Below are positions 45,743 to 56,142 of a DNA stretch of 64,000 bases, piece by piece. Under the pieces are notes generated by a model, which was not told the DNA's origin, ran no database searches, and worked only from the letters and a program-made list of their open reading frames with translations. This stretch comes from Candidatus Saccharimonadota bacterium. GTDB lineage: Bacteria > Patescibacteriota > Saccharimonadia > Saccharimonadales > UBA4665. The stretch covers positions 9,069 through 73,068 of the forward strand of contig JAICKC010000003.1 in NCBI GenBank assembly GCA_025928155.1, in the 5' to 3' direction. The position numbers were made by a program, and so were the translations under genes. Position 1 is the first letter of the stretch. Each line of letters begins with the position of its first letter.

Positions 45743-45808
45743 TGGCTAACGTGGTTACTCTTATTCTCGCACTTTTCTAAGACGAAATACAGTGACTGGG
45801 TCGTTTGG

Positions 45809-46429
45809 TCACTGGTAGAAGAACTGCGGGTTTGCCAGCAGCAGGTTCCATAGTTCGTCGTAATATTTGAATGCGCCCAGATGCTTGCTGGCCTTTTCAC
45901 GGTGCTTTTGCATTGCTGCCTGCCACTGTTCGAGGGTGATTCTATTTTTCTGATAAAAGTAGCCTTCTTCGATAAAGTCGTAGAGCAGGACCAGAAGCTT
46001 GTCTACCGATTTAACAAACTGCGCCTCGTCGGAATCCTGTCGCTCGTAGGCTTGTAGTGTTTCCGCAATCCACGGTAGCGCCAAGGGCTCCTCCGAGAGG
46101 CGTCGTAGGGCTGCCTCTTCTCGTAGCTCTTTGGTGGCAAGATCGGCTTTTGATGCAAAGTTCGAAGTGTCTCCTGCATACACTTCCAGTAAGTCATGAA
46201 CGATAGCATACTGACACACCTTGCCGATATCCAGCTTCGGATCTACCTGCGGAGCAAGCGCAGAGGCAAACAGCGCCACCGACCATGAATGTTCGGCATT
46301 ATTCTCATGCCTGCCATGTGCAAAGCTCAGCTCGCCATGACGTTCTATCTGGTAAAACGGAAAAATTATTTCCTGAACAAACTTCTGGAGGTCTGCAATG
46401 GTCGGCTTGGGGGTGCTCATTCCGGGCAA
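45809..46429 (-). CDS. HD-domain phosphohydrolase (YfbR-like), paralog 2 of 3
   Basis: ENNAEHSWSVALFA and AIVHDLLEVYAGDT. Confidence 0.75.
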   Translation of the reverse strand: MPGMSTPKPTIADLQKFVQEIIFPFYQIERHGELSFAHGRHENNAEHSWSVALFASALAPQVDPKLDIGKVCQYAIVHDLLEVYAGDTSNFASKADLATKELREEAALRRLSEEPLALPWIAETLQAYERQDSDEAQFVKSVDKLLVLLYDFIEEGYFYQKNRITLEQWQAAMQKHREKASKHLGAFKYYDELWNLLLANPQFFYQ

Positions 46430-46432
46430 TTT

Positions 46433-48301
46433 CTAGTACAGGGCTGCTTCTTTGGGCATATGGCTGCCCTCGAAGACGGCTTTGACTTCTTCGGCGTCCA
46501 CGGTTTCTTTCTCGAGCAGACGGTCTTTGAGTGCCTCGATGAACTTCAGGTTCGTCTTGATGACGGCGCGGGCGCGGTTAGCGGCTTCGGTGATCAGGCT
46601 TTCGACCTCCTGGTCTATGAGCTTGGCAGTGTCGTCGCTGTACTCACGCTCATGTACCATACGCTCCAGCATCATCCCCTCTTCCACATGGAAGACCTGG
46701 TCGCGCAGCTTGCCGCTGCCCATACCCTGTTTGATGATCATGTCACGGGCCAGTTCAGCTGCTGACTGTAAGTCGCTGCCGGCACCGGTCGTGACCTTGT
46801 CGTGGCCGTAGATGACTTCCTCGGCGATGCGGCCGCCCAGGCTGCGAGCCAGCACGTCTTTGTACTCCACAATACTGTGGTAACTGCGGTCTTCGGGCGG
46901 AATAGACCAAGTCACACCGCCGGTGCTGCCGCGCGGGATGATGGTGACTTTGTGGATCGGATCGCTGTCCGGCAGTACATGACCGACAATGGCGTGTCCG
47001 GCTTCGTGGTAGGCGGTCAACTCCTTCTCTTTGTCGTTCATGACCTTGCTCTTGCGCTCCGGGCCGATGGCCACGCGCTCAAACGCTTCAGTCACGTCGG
47101 CCTGCGAAATTTGACTATGGTTGCTGCGGGCGGCAATAATGGCCGACTCGTTGGCAATATTGGCTAGATCTGCGCCTGATGAGCCAGCAGTTTTAGCAGC
47201 CAGCGCGTCGAGGTCGACGCTGGCGGCCAGTGGCTTCTTTTCATAGTGAACTTTCAGTATAGCTAAGCGATCGGCACGCTCCGGCAGGGCAATATTGACA
47301 CGGCGGTCAAAGCGGCCAGGGCGCAGCAGCGCCGGGTCAAGCACATCGGAACGGTTCGTAGCAGCCAGCACAATCACATTCTGCCCCTGTTCAAAGCCGT
47401 CCATCTCCACCAGAATCTGGTTCAGGGTCTGCTCGCGCTCGTCGTGGCCACCACCCATGCCGCTGCCGCGGCGACGCCCCACAGCGTCGATTTCGTCGAT
47501 AAAGATAATGCACGGTGCGTTCTTTTTAGCCTTAGCGAACAGGTCACGCACGCGGCTTGCGCCCACACCAACGAACATTTCCACAAACTCGGAACCGGAA
47601 ATGCTAAAGAATGGCACGCCCGCCTCGCCGGCCACCGCGCGGGCCAGCATGGTTTTGCCGGTACCCGGAGGACCCACCAACAGTACCCCTTTAGGGATAC
47701 GCGCTCCCAGAGCGGCGAACTTTTTGGGGAACTTAAGGAACTCAACCACCTCTTGCAAGTCCTGCTTGGCTTCGGCCTGGCCAGCGACATTCTTGAAGGT
47801 TGCCTTGTCCTTTTCGTTGCCATACAGCCGAGCCCGGCTCTTGCCGAATGACAGTGCCTGGTTGCCCTGCCCCTGGGCACTCCTGAGCATAAAGTACAGC
47901 AAACCGCCGATCAGAATGACCGGAATGATGTTAATGGCCAGACTTCCGAGCACGGCGCCCGTACTGCTCGGCGGTTTTACCGTCACTTCAACTTTGTTGT
48001 AGTCGAGACCTTCGGCTTTCAGACCAACGCCGTCTTCCTTGGTGGAACGAAGCGTTGGGCGGCTATCGCCCTTTTTGGTGATATCCAGTTCGTTGCCGTT
48101 CAGCTCAATTTTTTTGTAGTTGCCGGCATTAGACTGCTTTATAGCCTGGGTGAGCGGAATATCGGTCAGTGTTGGCTGCTGGTGGTATGCCGCCCAGCTT
48201 ATGAGCACTACCAGTACAATAAACGCCGCAAATCCGACGTTCTTATATCCACGCCCTCCGGCACCCCGTTTTGCATTCGGTCGTAAAGGTTTTTTCTCCA
48301 T
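46433..48301 (-). CDS. ftsH: ATP-dependent zinc metalloprotease FtsH
   Basis: GPPGTGKT, the SRH region and the HEAGHA zinc motif. N-terminal TM pair. Confidence 0.97.
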   Translation of the reverse strand: MEKKPLRPNAKRGAGGRGYKNVGFAAFIVLVVLISWAAYHQQPTLTDIPLTQAIKQSNAGNYKKIELNGNELDITKKGDSRPTLRSTKEDGVGLKAEGLDYNKVEVTVKPPSSTGAVLGSLAINIIPVILIGGLLYFMLRSAQGQGNQALSFGKSRARLYGNEKDKATFKNVAGQAEAKQDLQEVVEFLKFPKKFAALGARIPKGVLLVGPPGTGKTMLARAVAGEAGVPFFSISGSEFVEMFVGVGASRVRDLFAKAKKNAPCIIFIDEIDAVGRRRGSGMGGGHDEREQTLNQILVEMDGFEQGQNVIVLAATNRSDVLDPALLRPGRFDRRVNIALPERADRLAILKVHYEKKPLAASVDLDALAAKTAGSSGADLANIANESAIIAARSNHSQISQADVTEAFERVAIGPERKSKVMNDKEKELTAYHEAGHAIVGHVLPDSDPIHKVTIIPRGSTGGVTWSIPPEDRSYHSIVEYKDVLARSLGGRIAEEVIYGHDKVTTGAGSDLQSAAELARDMIIKQGMGSGKLRDQVFHVEEGMMLERMVHEREYSDDTAKLIDQEVESLITEAANRARAVIKTNLKFIEALKDRLLEKETVDAEEVKAVFEGSHMPKEAALY

Positions 48302-48336
48302 GTTTATATAGTATACATGCTCCTGCCTAGCTTTGC

Positions 48337-49224
48337 CTAGCGCTCTCGGACCTCAAGTGCCAGCTGCGTGCGGCCAATATTCAGCCAATAGCCTTTATTG
48401 ATGTCTACCCTTGTGCCTGCCTTGCCGGTTTTGGCGGCAATCACCAGCCGTTCCAATAGCTTGCGCGATAGTTCCGCGCCGGCGTTTTGCAGTAGCCATT
48501 CGGCCATAATCTCGCGAGCTACGGCGTGGGGCAGCATGGTAAATTCGTGTCGGTCGAGTGTGCCGGGCGCCGGCTGCACATGCAAATAATTAGCCGTCTG
48601 TCGCTCAATTTCCCTATTGAGTGCCTGTGCCCGTTCAGCGATCATCAGCAGGACTTCCCTGTCCGAGTCAGCGAAGCGAGGCATTATGCGTAAGCGGATA
48701 TAGTTGCGCAAATACCGCTCGTCGGCGTTGGTACTGTCTTCGCGCCACTGCAGCCCTTCCCCTTCAGCGTAGCGTAGCAATTCGTTTTTGGGCAGATGCA
48801 ACAACGGCCGTTTAATGACATCGGTGCTTTTGAGCGAACTCAAGCCCCGTCGCCCCGTGCCGCGCAGCAGGTTCAAAATAATCGTCTCGAGCAAATCATC
48901 CTGGTGATGCGCCGTTACGATCGCCGTCGCCCCGCTCGCCTGGCGGACTTGGTGCAGAAAATCGTAGCGGGCTTGGCGCGCTGCCGCCTCGCTCACATCT
49001 TTGCCTAACTCCGCGCGAGCATACACGAACGGCAGGCCATGCTGTCCAGCCAGCGCCTGCACATGGTGACGGTCTTCTACTGAATCGTCGCGAACGCCGT
49101 GGTCAAAGTGCGCCACCGTCAGCTGCAAGTCCGTTCGGCCCGCCAGCAAGTGCAGGAGTGTCATGCTGTCCACACCACCACTCACTGCCACTACATACCG
49201 TCCTGGCTGTAAATCAATATCCAT
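48337..49224 (-). CDS. tilS: tRNA(Ile)-lysidine synthase TilS
   Basis: PP-loop VAVSGGVDSMTLLHLL. Length 295 aa (short form). Confidence 0.9.
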   Translation of the reverse strand: MDIDLQPGRYVVAVSGGVDSMTLLHLLAGRTDLQLTVAHFDHGVRDDSVEDRHHVQALAGQHGLPFVYARAELGKDVSEAAARQARYDFLHQVRQASGATAIVTAHHQDDLLETIILNLLRGTGRRGLSSLKSTDVIKRPLLHLPKNELLRYAEGEGLQWREDSTNADERYLRNYIRLRIMPRFADSDREVLLMIAERAQALNREIERQTANYLHVQPAPGTLDRHEFTMLPHAVAREIMAEWLLQNAGAELSRKLLERLVIAAKTGKAGTRVDINKGYWLNIGRTQLALEVRER

Positions 49225-49244
49225 ATCTGTTTTAATTATAGCCG

Positions 49245-49814
49245 ATGCTGTCTCTACACTTTGCGACCGGAAACGTTGAGAAATTCGAAATTGCCCAAGC
49301 GGCCTGCAAGCCGTTTGGCGTTATGCTCGAGCAAGCTAAGCTCGACATTAACGAAATCCAGAGCGAAGACAGCGAAGTAATTATTCGCGACAAAGCGCAG
49401 AGAGCTTTTGCAGTTCTTAAGCAGCCGGTTATTGTCAGCGACGACTCTTGGAACATACCGGCCTTACGCGGCTTCCCTGGCCCGTACGCAAAATCGATCG
49501 ACCATTGGTTCACGCCGGAAGATTTCCTGAACCTAACGCGCCCGCTGCAAGACCGACGCATTATCCTCGTGCAGCTGCTGGCGTACCAGGACGAACACAC
49601 CCAGAAGGTCTTTCGCAAAGAATACGAAGGCGCGCTGCTTACGGAAGCCCGCGGTTCGTATGGCAGGCCGCTGCAAAAGGTTCTCACCATGCCCAGAGAT
49701 AACGGCTTGAGTGTCGCCGAGGCGTATGACCGGGGCGCCGTTCGTGCCGAACGTGAGGTAGCGGCTGGCTGGCAAGAATTTGCGAGGTGGTTTGTGGAGG
49801 ATGCCCGTGCCTAA
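49245..49814 (+). CDS. Non-canonical purine NTP pyrophosphatase (Ham1/RdgB/ITPase family)
   Basis: LHFATGNVEKFEIA, INEIQ, and SDDSW...L.GFPGPY blocks. Confidence 0.8.
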   Translation: MLSLHFATGNVEKFEIAQAACKPFGVMLEQAKLDINEIQSEDSEVIIRDKAQRAFAVLKQPVIVSDDSWNIPALRGFPGPYAKSIDHWFTPEDFLNLTRPLQDRRIILVQLLAYQDEHTQKVFRKEYEGALLTEARGSYGRPLQKVLTMPRDNGLSVAEAYDRGAVRAEREVAAGWQEFARWFVEDARA

Positions 49815-50400
49815 GCCTGATGCCCAACGACTGATTGATCTGCAAGAACTCATGATGCAGTTTGCGGCCGTAGACCGCCGAGTTTACTTTCCCGCTCCGA
49901 TGAATCGCGTAGAGAACGACGTTGAGCACACGTACACACTGGCGATGGCGGCATGGTTTTTGGCTCAACACTTTCCGGAGCTTAACCGCGACACGCTTAT
50001 CCACCTGGCTCTGGCACACGACCTACTGGAAGTGCACGCCGGAGACACCTTTGTATACGCCAAGGACGACTCCCTGGCCACCAAACACAAACGCGAGGCT
50101 GCCGCGATCAAGCAACTCAAACAAGAGTGGACGGATTTTCCTGAACTATCGGCAGCTATCGATGAATATGAGAGGCGAGAGTCGCCCGAAGCCAAGTTCG
50201 TTTATGCACTCGATAAGGTCATGGTTATCACTCTTAATATGCTGAGTGGCGGCAGTTCCTGGCGGAAGCATGGCATAACGCTTGAGCAATTCATAGCCGA
50301 AAAGGAAGCCAAAGTGCCGACTTCACCCGAGATATACGCGTACTACGAACAACTTCGGGACATCCTCACCCAAAATCAATCGAAATTCTTCGCCAGTTGA
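49801..50400 (+). CDS. HD-domain phosphohydrolase (YfbR-like), paralog 3 of 3
   Basis: ENDVEHTYTLAMAA and ALAHDLLEVHAGDT. The ATG at 49801 overlaps the Ham1 gene end by 14 nt. Confidence 0.75.
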   Translation: MPVPKPDAQRLIDLQELMMQFAAVDRRVYFPAPMNRVENDVEHTYTLAMAAWFLAQHFPELNRDTLIHLALAHDLLEVHAGDTFVYAKDDSLATKHKREAAAIKQLKQEWTDFPELSAAIDEYERRESPEAKFVYALDKVMVITLNMLSGGSSWRKHGITLEQFIAEKEAKVPTSPEIYAYYEQLRDILTQNQSKFFAS

Positions 50401-50413
50401 TATACTAACGAGC

Positions 50414-50824
50414 ATGGAACCAGTCGTACACGTCGGTGTAGCCTGTTTTGTCTGGAAAGATGGCAAGTTTCTCATGGGCAGAAGGCGAGCACAGCACGGG
50501 CGTGGCACTTGGAGCGTGCCCGGCGGTCATCTGGAGGTAGGCGAGGCATGGGCGGACTGTGCCGCACGGGAAGTTGCCGAGGAGACCGGGATGCAGATTA
50601 CGAATGCTCGACTGCTGGTTATTACTAATGATGTTTTTCCGGAGTCGGGAAAACACTATGTGTCCATATGGATGAATGCTGATTGGGCTGGTGGTGAACC
50701 CCAAATAATAGAGCCCGACAAATTTGTCGACCAGGGTTGGTACGATTTTCGATCGTTACCAGCTCCGTTGTTTGAGCCCTGTTGGCAGAACTTACGCGGC
50801 GCCCAGCCAGAGCTGTTCGTCTAA
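50414..50824 (+). CDS. NUDIX hydrolase (MutT-like)
   Basis: Nudix box GGHLEVGEAWADCAAREVAEETGM. Confidence 0.8.
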   Translation: MEPVVHVGVACFVWKDGKFLMGRRRAQHGRGTWSVPGGHLEVGEAWADCAAREVAEETGMQITNARLLVITNDVFPESGKHYVSIWMNADWAGGEPQIIEPDKFVDQGWYDFRSLPAPLFEPCWQNLRGAQPELFV

Positions 50825-50858
50825 CCTGATATACTAAAAGCACTGAGCGAAAATAAAC

Positions 50859-51620
50859 ATGGTGCAAGACATTATCCTATTGGTTGCCGGGTTTATCGTC
50901 GGCAGCATGAACGCCATTGCCGGTGGCGGTATGCTGATAGGTTTTCCTGTGCTGATTACCCTGGGCGTACCCGCGCTGTTCGCCAATGCTACCGCCAATA
51001 TCGTGACACTGCCCGGACAGCTGACCTCAGCCTACGGTTATCGGCAGTATATCCGGCGTGTACCGCTGCGGTATGCTCTCTTCCTTCTGCCAATTGTGGT
51101 CGGCGCGGCAGCCGGTGCACTCGCTCTGCGCCACACTCCCCCGGGTAAGTTCGCCGACATGGTGCCATTGCTGTTGTTGTTTGGCGTGGGGCTTTTTACA
51201 TTTCAGCCGCTGCTGCATTTCCATCTGCACAGTCACGTAAAAGGCGAGCGCCGAGGTTGGCTACCCATGGTGTTACTTGGGCTCGTCATCATACCGCTCA
51301 GTGTTTACGGCGGCTACTTCGGGGTCGGTTACGGGTTTATGATGCTGGCCTTCTTGGGCTTCACCAGCCTGCCCGACACCCACATGATGAACGGCATGAA
51401 AAACATCGCGGCCACGTTTGTAGCCGCCACTTCGATGGTTTGCTTATACAGCGGCCATTTTATACATTGGCACGCCGGCCTCGTCATGGCCGTCGGTTCG
51501 ACCATTGGTGGCTACACCGGTGCGCGTAGCGCGCAGAAGTTCTCCAGCCACAAACTGCGCATCGCTATCATTGCCGCCGGACTCGCCGCCGTCGTCTATC
51601 TTGCCTTACGCGAATACTAG
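50859..51620 (+). CDS. TauE/SafE family anion exporter-like membrane protein
   Basis: Eight TM helices with the duplicated GGG...G motif (NAIAGGGMLIGFPVL). Confidence 0.75.
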   Translation: MVQDIILLVAGFIVGSMNAIAGGGMLIGFPVLITLGVPALFANATANIVTLPGQLTSAYGYRQYIRRVPLRYALFLLPIVVGAAAGALALRHTPPGKFADMVPLLLLFGVGLFTFQPLLHFHLHSHVKGERRGWLPMVLLGLVIIPLSVYGGYFGVGYGFMMLAFLGFTSLPDTHMMNGMKNIAATFVAATSMVCLYSGHFIHWHAGLVMAVGSTIGGYTGARSAQKFSSHKLRIAIIAAGLAAVVYLALREY

Positions 51621-51664
51621 CCTTCCCCTCCGTAATCTGCTAAAATCAATCTGTTATCGAGTGG

Positions 51665-51741
51665 GGCGGCGTAGCTCAGCTGGTTAGAGCACAGGACTCA
51701 TAAGCCTGGGGTCAGTGGTTCAAGTCCACTCGCCGCTACCA
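51665..51741 (+). tRNA. tRNA with CAU anticodon (elongator Met-like; Ile2/lysidine identity not excluded), CCA encoded
   Basis: GGCGGCG-TA-GCTC..GAGC-A-CAGGA-CTCATAA-GCCTG-GGGTC-AGTGG-TTCAAGT-CCACT-CGCCGCT-A-CCA. The body resembles E. coli elongator tRNA-Met. Confidence 0.85.
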
Positions 51742-51757
51742 AGCAGTACGTGATCAG

Positions 51758-51778
51758 AACGGCCATGCGCCGTTTTTT
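51758..51778 (+). terminator. Rho-independent terminator after the tRNA
   Basis: aacggc-catgc-gccgtt followed by tttt. Confidence 0.6.
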
Positions 51779-51826
51779 GCTATTATGTAGGTTGTGAAAA
51801 CAGTGCTGTATGGTGGCGAGGACTAG

Positions 51827-52405
51827 ATGAGTCTTAAACTATTCTTCGGCATCCTATCTCTCATTCCGGCTGTCGCCGCTTACTACTTTTACTTCCGGGA
51901 TATGTTCAGGGGCAAGACCAAGCCGCATGCATTCTCTTGGCTGGTTTGGGGCACGCTATCTGGCGACGGCTTTTTTGCACAGGTCAGTGCGCACGCCGGT
52001 ATTGGGGCCTGGGCAACCGGCCTTACTTCCCTTGCAAGTCTGACGATTGCCCTCTTCGCATTACGAATCGGTGCTACCCGCCCTACCCGTTTTGACTGGA
52101 CGCTTTTGTCGTTAGCCCTAACGGGTTTGCTATTGCTGTTTGTGGTCAAAAATAAAGAAGCGGCGCTCTGCATAACCCTGTTTGCATTAGTGGCGGGGTT
52201 TGCTATGAATATCCGCAAAGCGTACAGGAAACCTTTAGAAGAAAATGCTGTAGCTTTTTGGCTCAATACATTAAAGTTTATACCCGCCATATTTGCACTT
52301 ACTAGCTTTTCATTCCTGACGGTTGCCTACCCTTTCGTTGCCGCGGTGGGTAACGCCGGTGTTGCCCTGACCGTGAATATGCGCAGCAAGATGGCGCACC
52401 GGTAG
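51827..52405 (+). CDS. Polytopic membrane protein; paralog of 19226-19828
   Basis: Shares the GKTKPH..SWLVW motif, topology and length with the other copy. Confidence 0.6.
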   Translation: MSLKLFFGILSLIPAVAAYYFYFRDMFRGKTKPHAFSWLVWGTLSGDGFFAQVSAHAGIGAWATGLTSLASLTIALFALRIGATRPTRFDWTLLSLALTGLLLLFVVKNKEAALCITLFALVAGFAMNIRKAYRKPLEENAVAFWLNTLKFIPAIFALTSFSFLTVAYPFVAAVGNAGVALTVNMRSKMAHR

Positions 52406-52456
52406 GCGTACGCGGTAAAATAGGGTAGTAGATACAGTCATTAGCAGAGCTATATA

Positions 52457-53224
52457 ATGAACCATAACGAGACACTCGAAAGCACCCCTGAGATTCCGTT
52501 CTCAGTTGAAAACCAAGGGCCGCCGCTCAGTCCTGAAGATCTTCGGGACATCAACATCGGTGCTTACCGCTTTGCCCAAGGTATTCCCGCGAGGCACACG
52601 CCAATCTTGGAGTATGTTCGACTGTATTATGGTGACCGGATTACGGACGACGCACTAAGGCAATCTCTGGAGCTAAGCGTCCAACCTATCAGCCGATTCA
52701 TCAGCCGAGGGGCGGGACTCGTCCACCAAAGTGTAGTCGAGAACGAATCCGATATCGACACGAAGGTTAGAGGCGACCTGGCAGAAGTCGCTGAGCGCTG
52801 GGAAGAGGCGAAACAGCCCGACCTATTAAACCTCCCTGATGTCGTCGGTACTATTATGAAGAACAGTATAGGGAGCGATTATAAGAACCTATGCCAGCAA
52901 GGCGGTCGACTCGGAAGAGGCGCCGATGAAAGGACGAGTGCCCACCCTCATTCGCGGTTTCTCAGCCAGTTCGCCTTTTACGGACTCAGCAGAAACACTA
53001 CCGGCATACTTGTGTATGACGCAATGTTTCGTGACACCGTCGCAGCACTAGATACGTATGGACACGATTGGATGGATACAATAGGCGCTACAGCCGAGGA
53101 TGCTCTGCGCAAAGTGCTGGCCGTGTACGCTGCCCACTACCCGGACGAAATACAGCGGCTACCGGATCAGTGGAGGCTCCCTCCGGACGACGATAGTCAG
53201 CAACCGATGCTTCAGCACGTTTAG
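52457..53224 (+). CDS. Hypothetical cytoplasmic protein
   Basis: 255-aa ORF with no recognisable motif. Confidence 0.45.
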   Translation: MNHNETLESTPEIPFSVENQGPPLSPEDLRDINIGAYRFAQGIPARHTPILEYVRLYYGDRITDDALRQSLELSVQPISRFISRGAGLVHQSVVENESDIDTKVRGDLAEVAERWEEAKQPDLLNLPDVVGTIMKNSIGSDYKNLCQQGGRLGRGADERTSAHPHSRFLSQFAFYGLSRNTTGILVYDAMFRDTVAALDTYGHDWMDTIGATAEDALRKVLAVYAAHYPDEIQRLPDQWRLPPDDDSQQPMLQHV

Positions 53225-53265
53225 AGAACGGGGAATCGTTACAAATTGCCGCCTCACGGTGAAGC

Positions 53266-53805
53266 TTATTTTCTGCGCTTGACAGGTCGAGGCTGGAGCA
53301 TGCAATACCCCATGACGAGGCAGCCCACGCTCACTAGCCAGCCAAACGCCGCGAGCGCCAAAACAATGTCATCCCGATTTTCCGTAAGTTTGAGCGACTG
53401 CCCGGCGAGCACATAGTAGCTGCCGGCCTTAGTTTCTACGCTGGCAACCCGCACGCCAGACTGCGGCTGCCAGGTCACCGTGTGATACATGCCCGCAGCC
53501 GTGTGCGTGAAGACTCCACTATCCGGATGTGCCAGCTCGCCATTCAGGTAGCCGGTGCCGGCAAGTGGTCGGAAGTTCTGGTCGTATACGACAAAAAATG
53601 GCTGGTACGTTGCCGCTGCGTCCAAATGCATATCCACTAGACTCGCCGGTGACGCTCCGGTTGATAAGCTACTTGCTACCGACTGCGCCAGGGCGATCGG
53701 GGCATCATTCGCCGCTGAGCGGCCGTATTGTTGCGCCACCACATAGATCGTTCCAAACCCAATCGTTACCAATACAGCGAGCAGCAGGGCGTGTAGTTTT
53801 CTCAT
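53266..53805 (-). CDS. Hypothetical bitopic membrane protein (N- and C-terminal TM helices)
   Basis: MRKLHALLLAVLVTIGFGTIYVV plus a C-terminal helix and a KRRK tail. Lies downstream of the ABC pair. Confidence 0.5.
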   Translation of the reverse strand: MRKLHALLLAVLVTIGFGTIYVVAQQYGRSAANDAPIALAQSVASSLSTGASPASLVDMHLDAAATYQPFFVVYDQNFRPLAGTGYLNGELAHPDSGVFTHTAAGMYHTVTWQPQSGVRVASVETKAGSYYVLAGQSLKLTENRDDIVLALAAFGWLVSVGCLVMGYCMLQPRPVKRRK

Positions 53806-53834
53806 ATCTTAATTGTACCCTACAAGCGCAAGCA

Positions 53835-55280
53835 TTATTCGTAGTGAAGTGCTTCGACGGGGTCGAGATGGGCAGCGCGGCGGGCAGGGTAGAGACCGGC
53901 TAATATGCCAATAATTGTCGTGAGAGATACAACGCCTACGATAAGCCAGATGGGGAGAGTGATGATGTTCGACCCGGTAATGCTATTGCTGGAAAGCTGT
54001 TTATTAATGATCGGGTTAGCGGCCAATACTACCCCGTAGCCTACCAATAAGCCGATAATGCCACCGAAGAAGCCGAGCAGGCCTGCTTCAAAGGTGTAAA
54101 GAGCGCTTACCGTGCCGCGGCGTGCGCCCACTGCCCGCATGACGCCGATTTCGCGCGTCCGCTCCAGGATACTCATAATCATGGTGTTCACTACGCCCAC
54201 CGCCGCCACTACCAGCGCGATGCCGCCGATACCGCCAAGCACCAGACCTAAGATGTTAAAGATGGCAAGCTGCTGCTTAATTTCCGTCTGGGCGTCGGCC
54301 GCGCCGATCTTATAGGTGTTACGAATGGTTTTGGCGACCGCGGCGGCATTGGATGACTGGTCAACCTTGACGATATACGAGTTATAGCCTTGCTTCGCCA
54401 ACTCGTCGCTGACCTGTACGGCTGAAGCTACCGGCTGAGTGTTACATCCCTGCGGCGTGTGCTGTTGCCGGCATTTGGCTTGTGCGGCGTCCTGGTCCGC
54501 CTGGGTAACGACCGCCATCTGGTTTTCCTCCATGCCCCGCGCCCAATCCAGCGGCACCCGTATCGCGTAGCTGCGATCGGTCGTGCTGGTGACACCCACG
54601 ATCTTGCCGGTCAGCGTGGTTGGCGCAGGTTGATAATCCTGCCCGTTCGCGCCCGGATGTGAGCTGAAGAACGCCTGCTGATTTTTGGACGCTTGAATCG
54701 GGTCGGAGCCCACGCCGCTGTACCAGCCCTGGGTCATTAACCCCACCTGCTTGCCGATAAGCGCCTGGTAGTTGTGCTTGAAGCCGAGTTTATCGGCATA
54801 GTCAGAGCTTATCGTCAACACGCCGGTTTTATCGCTGGCGCTTATATCACGGCCTGCCAGCACCTGCGTGGTAATAATGCCGTTGGCGTCGTACGCCGAG
54901 ATTTCCTGTGTCCGCAGCTTCTGTGTGCCGTATGTAAGTGCCTGGAATTGCCCGACTTGTGTCTGGCGCGCTACGCCGACAACATGCTGCAGTTGCCCGA
55001 GTTTGGCTGCCAAACTGTCGGTGAGCTTCACACAATCCTGGCATTGGTTACCCGAGTAGTCACCCCAGTTGATATCGGTCTGCGGTGACACCATAATCTG
55101 TTGGAACGTGCCATTGGCCTCGAACTGTTTAGTCATAAAGCCCTTCAGACTGAACACCGCTGCCAGCATGATGGTAATGCTCGTAGCGCCGATAACGACC
55201 GCGAAAATGGTCAGACTGCTACGCAGCTTGGAACGCATGATGTTGCGCAGCGCCAAGGTGACGTAGTCGGCAAATCTCAT
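53835..55280 (-). CDS. MacB/FtsX-type ABC transporter permease with a large extracytoplasmic domain
   Basis: N-terminus ALRNIMRSKLRSSLTIFAVVIG. C-terminal FtsX block ERTREIGVMRAVGARR. C-terminus DPVEALHYE. Confidence 0.85.
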   Translation of the reverse strand: MRFADYVTLALRNIMRSKLRSSLTIFAVVIGATSITIMLAAVFSLKGFMTKQFEANGTFQQIMVSPQTDINWGDYSGNQCQDCVKLTDSLAAKLGQLQHVVGVARQTQVGQFQALTYGTQKLRTQEISAYDANGIITTQVLAGRDISASDKTGVLTISSDYADKLGFKHNYQALIGKQVGLMTQGWYSGVGSDPIQASKNQQAFFSSHPGANGQDYQPAPTTLTGKIVGVTSTTDRSYAIRVPLDWARGMEENQMAVVTQADQDAAQAKCRQQHTPQGCNTQPVASAVQVSDELAKQGYNSYIVKVDQSSNAAAVAKTIRNTYKIGAADAQTEIKQQLAIFNILGLVLGGIGGIALVVAAVGVVNTMIMSILERTREIGVMRAVGARRGTVSALYTFEAGLLGFFGGIIGLLVGYGVVLAANPIINKQLSSNSITGSNIITLPIWLIVGVVSLTTIIGILAGLYPARRAAHLDPVEALHYE

Positions 55281-55945
55281 GCGATCTTCCCATCCTTTAT
55301 TTGTATAACCCGGTCAGCTTGTCTGGCAATACTCATGTCGTGCGTGATTACTACCAGTGTAATTCCTTGCTTGTTCAGGTCTTTGAGCAGCTTCAGGATC
55401 TCGGCGCCGCGCTCGCTGTCGAGGTTGCCCGTTGGTTCGTCGGCCAAAATAATACTTGGCTTGACTGCCAGAGCACGGGCAATCGCCACACGCTGCCGCT
55501 GACCACCACTTAGCTGGCTTGGTTTGTGCTTAAGCCGATCGCCTAAGCCTACCGCCTCTAGACATTCTTTGGCGCGGGCTTTGCGCTCGCCAGGCTTCAT
55601 GCGGGCAAACAGCAACGGCAACATAACGTTCTCGAGCGCCGTCTGCGTACCCTGCAGGTTAAATGACTGGAACACAAAGCCGATGTGACGGTTGCGGTAG
55701 TCGCTGAGCTGACGGTCGCGCACATGCGACAGATCCTGTCCGTCCACCACCACCGTGCCAGAGGTAGGTTTATCGAGTCCGCCAATAATGTTCGCCAGCG
55801 TCGACTTACCGGAGCCGGACGGCCCGGTTATGGCCACAAACTCGCCGGACTGCACCGTACAGCTCACATTATCAAGTGCGTTCAGCACCTCGTCACCCAG
55901 CCGGTACGTCCGGGTAATGTCTTTGAACTCGATAACGGCGGCCAT
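55277..55945 (-). CDS. ABC transporter ATP-binding protein (MacB/LolD type)
   Basis: GPSGSGKST, LSGGQRQRVAIARAL and ILADEPTGNLD. Start set at MAAVIEFKD. 4-nt overlap with the permease. Confidence 0.9.
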   Translation of the reverse strand: MAAVIEFKDITRTYRLGDEVLNALDNVSCTVQSGEFVAITGPSGSGKSTLANIIGGLDKPTSGTVVVDGQDLSHVRDRQLSDYRNRHIGFVFQSFNLQGTQTALENVMLPLLFARMKPGERKARAKECLEAVGLGDRLKHKPSQLSGGQRQRVAIARALAVKPSIILADEPTGNLDSERGAEILKLLKDLNKQGITLVVITHDMSIARQADRVIQIKDGKIA

Positions 55946-56142
55946 ATTATGCTTAAGATCTTCCTTAAACATAAGGATAACGAAACAATCCCGCCCACAC
56001 AAGCAAGTTTAGGGCCTAGGTGCCGCTTGCGAAAGCCGGTTTTGTCAGAAATTTTACATTATAACCAGGCAACGATGCGCTACTATTGCACGTAATAAGT
56101 ACGTCATTCACACATACTTGCCGGCGTACTGTAGGAGTCTGC

